The notes beneath the pieces were generated by a model. It made no database searches and was not told the origin of the DNA. It saw only the letters and a program-made list of their open reading frames with translations. The translations under genes were made by a program, and so were the position numbers. DNA of 64,000 bases, from positions 1 through 64,000 of the IMG/VR virus record IMGVR_UViG_3300019458_000021; one strand, 5' to 3'. This document shows, piece after piece, positions 63,120 to 64,000 of the stretch; position 1 is the stretch's first letter, and each line of letters begins with the position of its first letter.

Positions 63120-63830
63120 ATGAAGCACGAAGCTGACATGACAAGCGAAGAGGCAATGAATTATGCCATTGACCGCATTAAGATGGCCATTGACGATCTT
63201 GATCGTGAAACCGTATTCGCTGTCTATGTAAGAATGTTTGGTCAAGATGGTATCACCACTCAAATGATGCAAGAAAGTCATGAGGGCAACCACATTTTGG
63301 GTGATACAACAAAAGTGGTGTTCACAAATCTCGGTGGTGGTGCCACGGTTGACGCGAAAGTTGACAGCGGAGCTACAACATCTTCGCTGCACGTTGACAA
63401 GATTGATGTCCATGGCAACCAAGTTTCGTTTGTTTCAAGCGCTCTTGGTGGACGTCGTTTCACTATGGACCTTGTAGGCAACCAACAAGTACATTCCGCT
63501 GATGGTGGGGTGAGCAATCGACCTGTGATCAAGTGCGATATTGAGGTTAACGGCAAACCATTACAAGGCATCATGTTCAATCTCAACGATCGCTCAAACA
63601 TGGACACTCCCGTTTTGTGTGGGCAGAATGTTTTGAAAGCTGGTGATTTCGTTATTGACGTTCAAAAAGGTCAAACCGAATCTGTTCCGGAAAACGCAAT
63701 TATCAAGAAAGAGATCGACGACAAAGCGATTGTAGAAGCAATTGAAACGCTTGCTAACTCCGGCATGACACTTGCTGAACTTTTCACACACATGCGAACA
63801 GTAGTTGTTCGCAACTTGAAAGATGAATAA
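63120..63830 (+). CDS. RimK-associated aspartic-protease-like protein
   Basis: AKVDSGATTSSLH, RPVI, DRSNMDTPVLCG. Confidence 0.8.
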   Translation: MKHEADMTSEEAMNYAIDRIKMAIDDLDRETVFAVYVRMFGQDGITTQMMQESHEGNHILGDTTKVVFTNLGGGATVDAKVDSGATTSSLHVDKIDVHGNQVSFVSSALGGRRFTMDLVGNQQVHSADGGVSNRPVIKCDIEVNGKPLQGIMFNLNDRSNMDTPVLCGQNVLKAGDFVIDVQKGQTESVPENAIIKKEIDDKAIVEAIETLANSGMTLAELFTHMRTVVVRNLKDE

Positions 63831-64000
63831 GTCCCCATTTTACGTCGTAGAAGAGTTCTTGTCACCACACCTTGCAGATGTTGTTCTCGACTACATAAGT
63901 TTCACTGTTCCTGATACAGACAAAGAGGGACATGAAGTTAAGACACGTAAACCATCCGAAAAGGCCGAAGGTATCGTTTACGAACGTCTTCTGACTCTTC
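63823..64000 (+). CDS. Partial ORF, possibly a 2OG-Fe(II) oxygenase N-terminus
   Basis: MNKSPFYVVEEFLSP; truncated by the window edge. Confidence 0.45.
   Translation, partial: MNKSPFYVVEEFLSPHLADVVLDYISFTVPDTDKEGHEVKTRKPSEKAEGIVYERLLTL

Noticed and set aside
1-64000. Genome-wide TAG reassignment (genetic code 15)
   Set aside because: Large conserved genes are uninterrupted under code 11, and prs and the exonuclease end at TAG at expected lengths; only the 27.6-28.1 kb operon shows in-frame ambers.
27521-64000. Many antisense ORFs of 60-170 aa (e.g. 27521..28006, 60502..61005, 38577..39083)
   Set aside because: They lie opposite well-supported genes and have no recognisable motifs.

Overview
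Segment of a large lytic T4-like/jumbo phage genome, probably infecting a proteobacterium. T4-type late promoters (TATAAATA) recur throughout; no rRNA and no CRISPR array were seen. The left third (0.5-23 kb, mostly minus strand) is a mosaic array of about 35 tRNA and tRNA-like genes interleaved with HNH endonucleases and host-derived genes (aceA, clpS, hldD, rpsU). The middle carries NAD metabolism genes (NadM-Nudix, NadR-like ATPase, prs), a GH108 endolysin, PhoH with a class-3 intein, Thg1, ThyA with an in-frame nuclease insert, LigA, DHFR, Acb1 and a permuted tmRNA. The right part is the replication module (primase, two topoisomerase II subunits, class II RNR with three inteins, dCMP deaminase, DnaB-like helicase, exonuclease). 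Most striking: (1) an operon (leader ORF, hypothetical gene, Pth2-like peptidyl-tRNA hydrolase) with three in-frame amber codons, in a phage that encodes its own amber-suppressor tRNA but otherwise uses TAG as stop; (2) a four-copy covarying structured RNA scaffold just 3' of tRNA genes, two copies of which enclose circularly permuted tRNAs; (3) a two-piece circularly permuted tmRNA; (4) several remodelled tRNAs (anticodon-less, identity-chimeric, large-insert). All calls are from manual reading of the sequence and ORF track; no database search was run.
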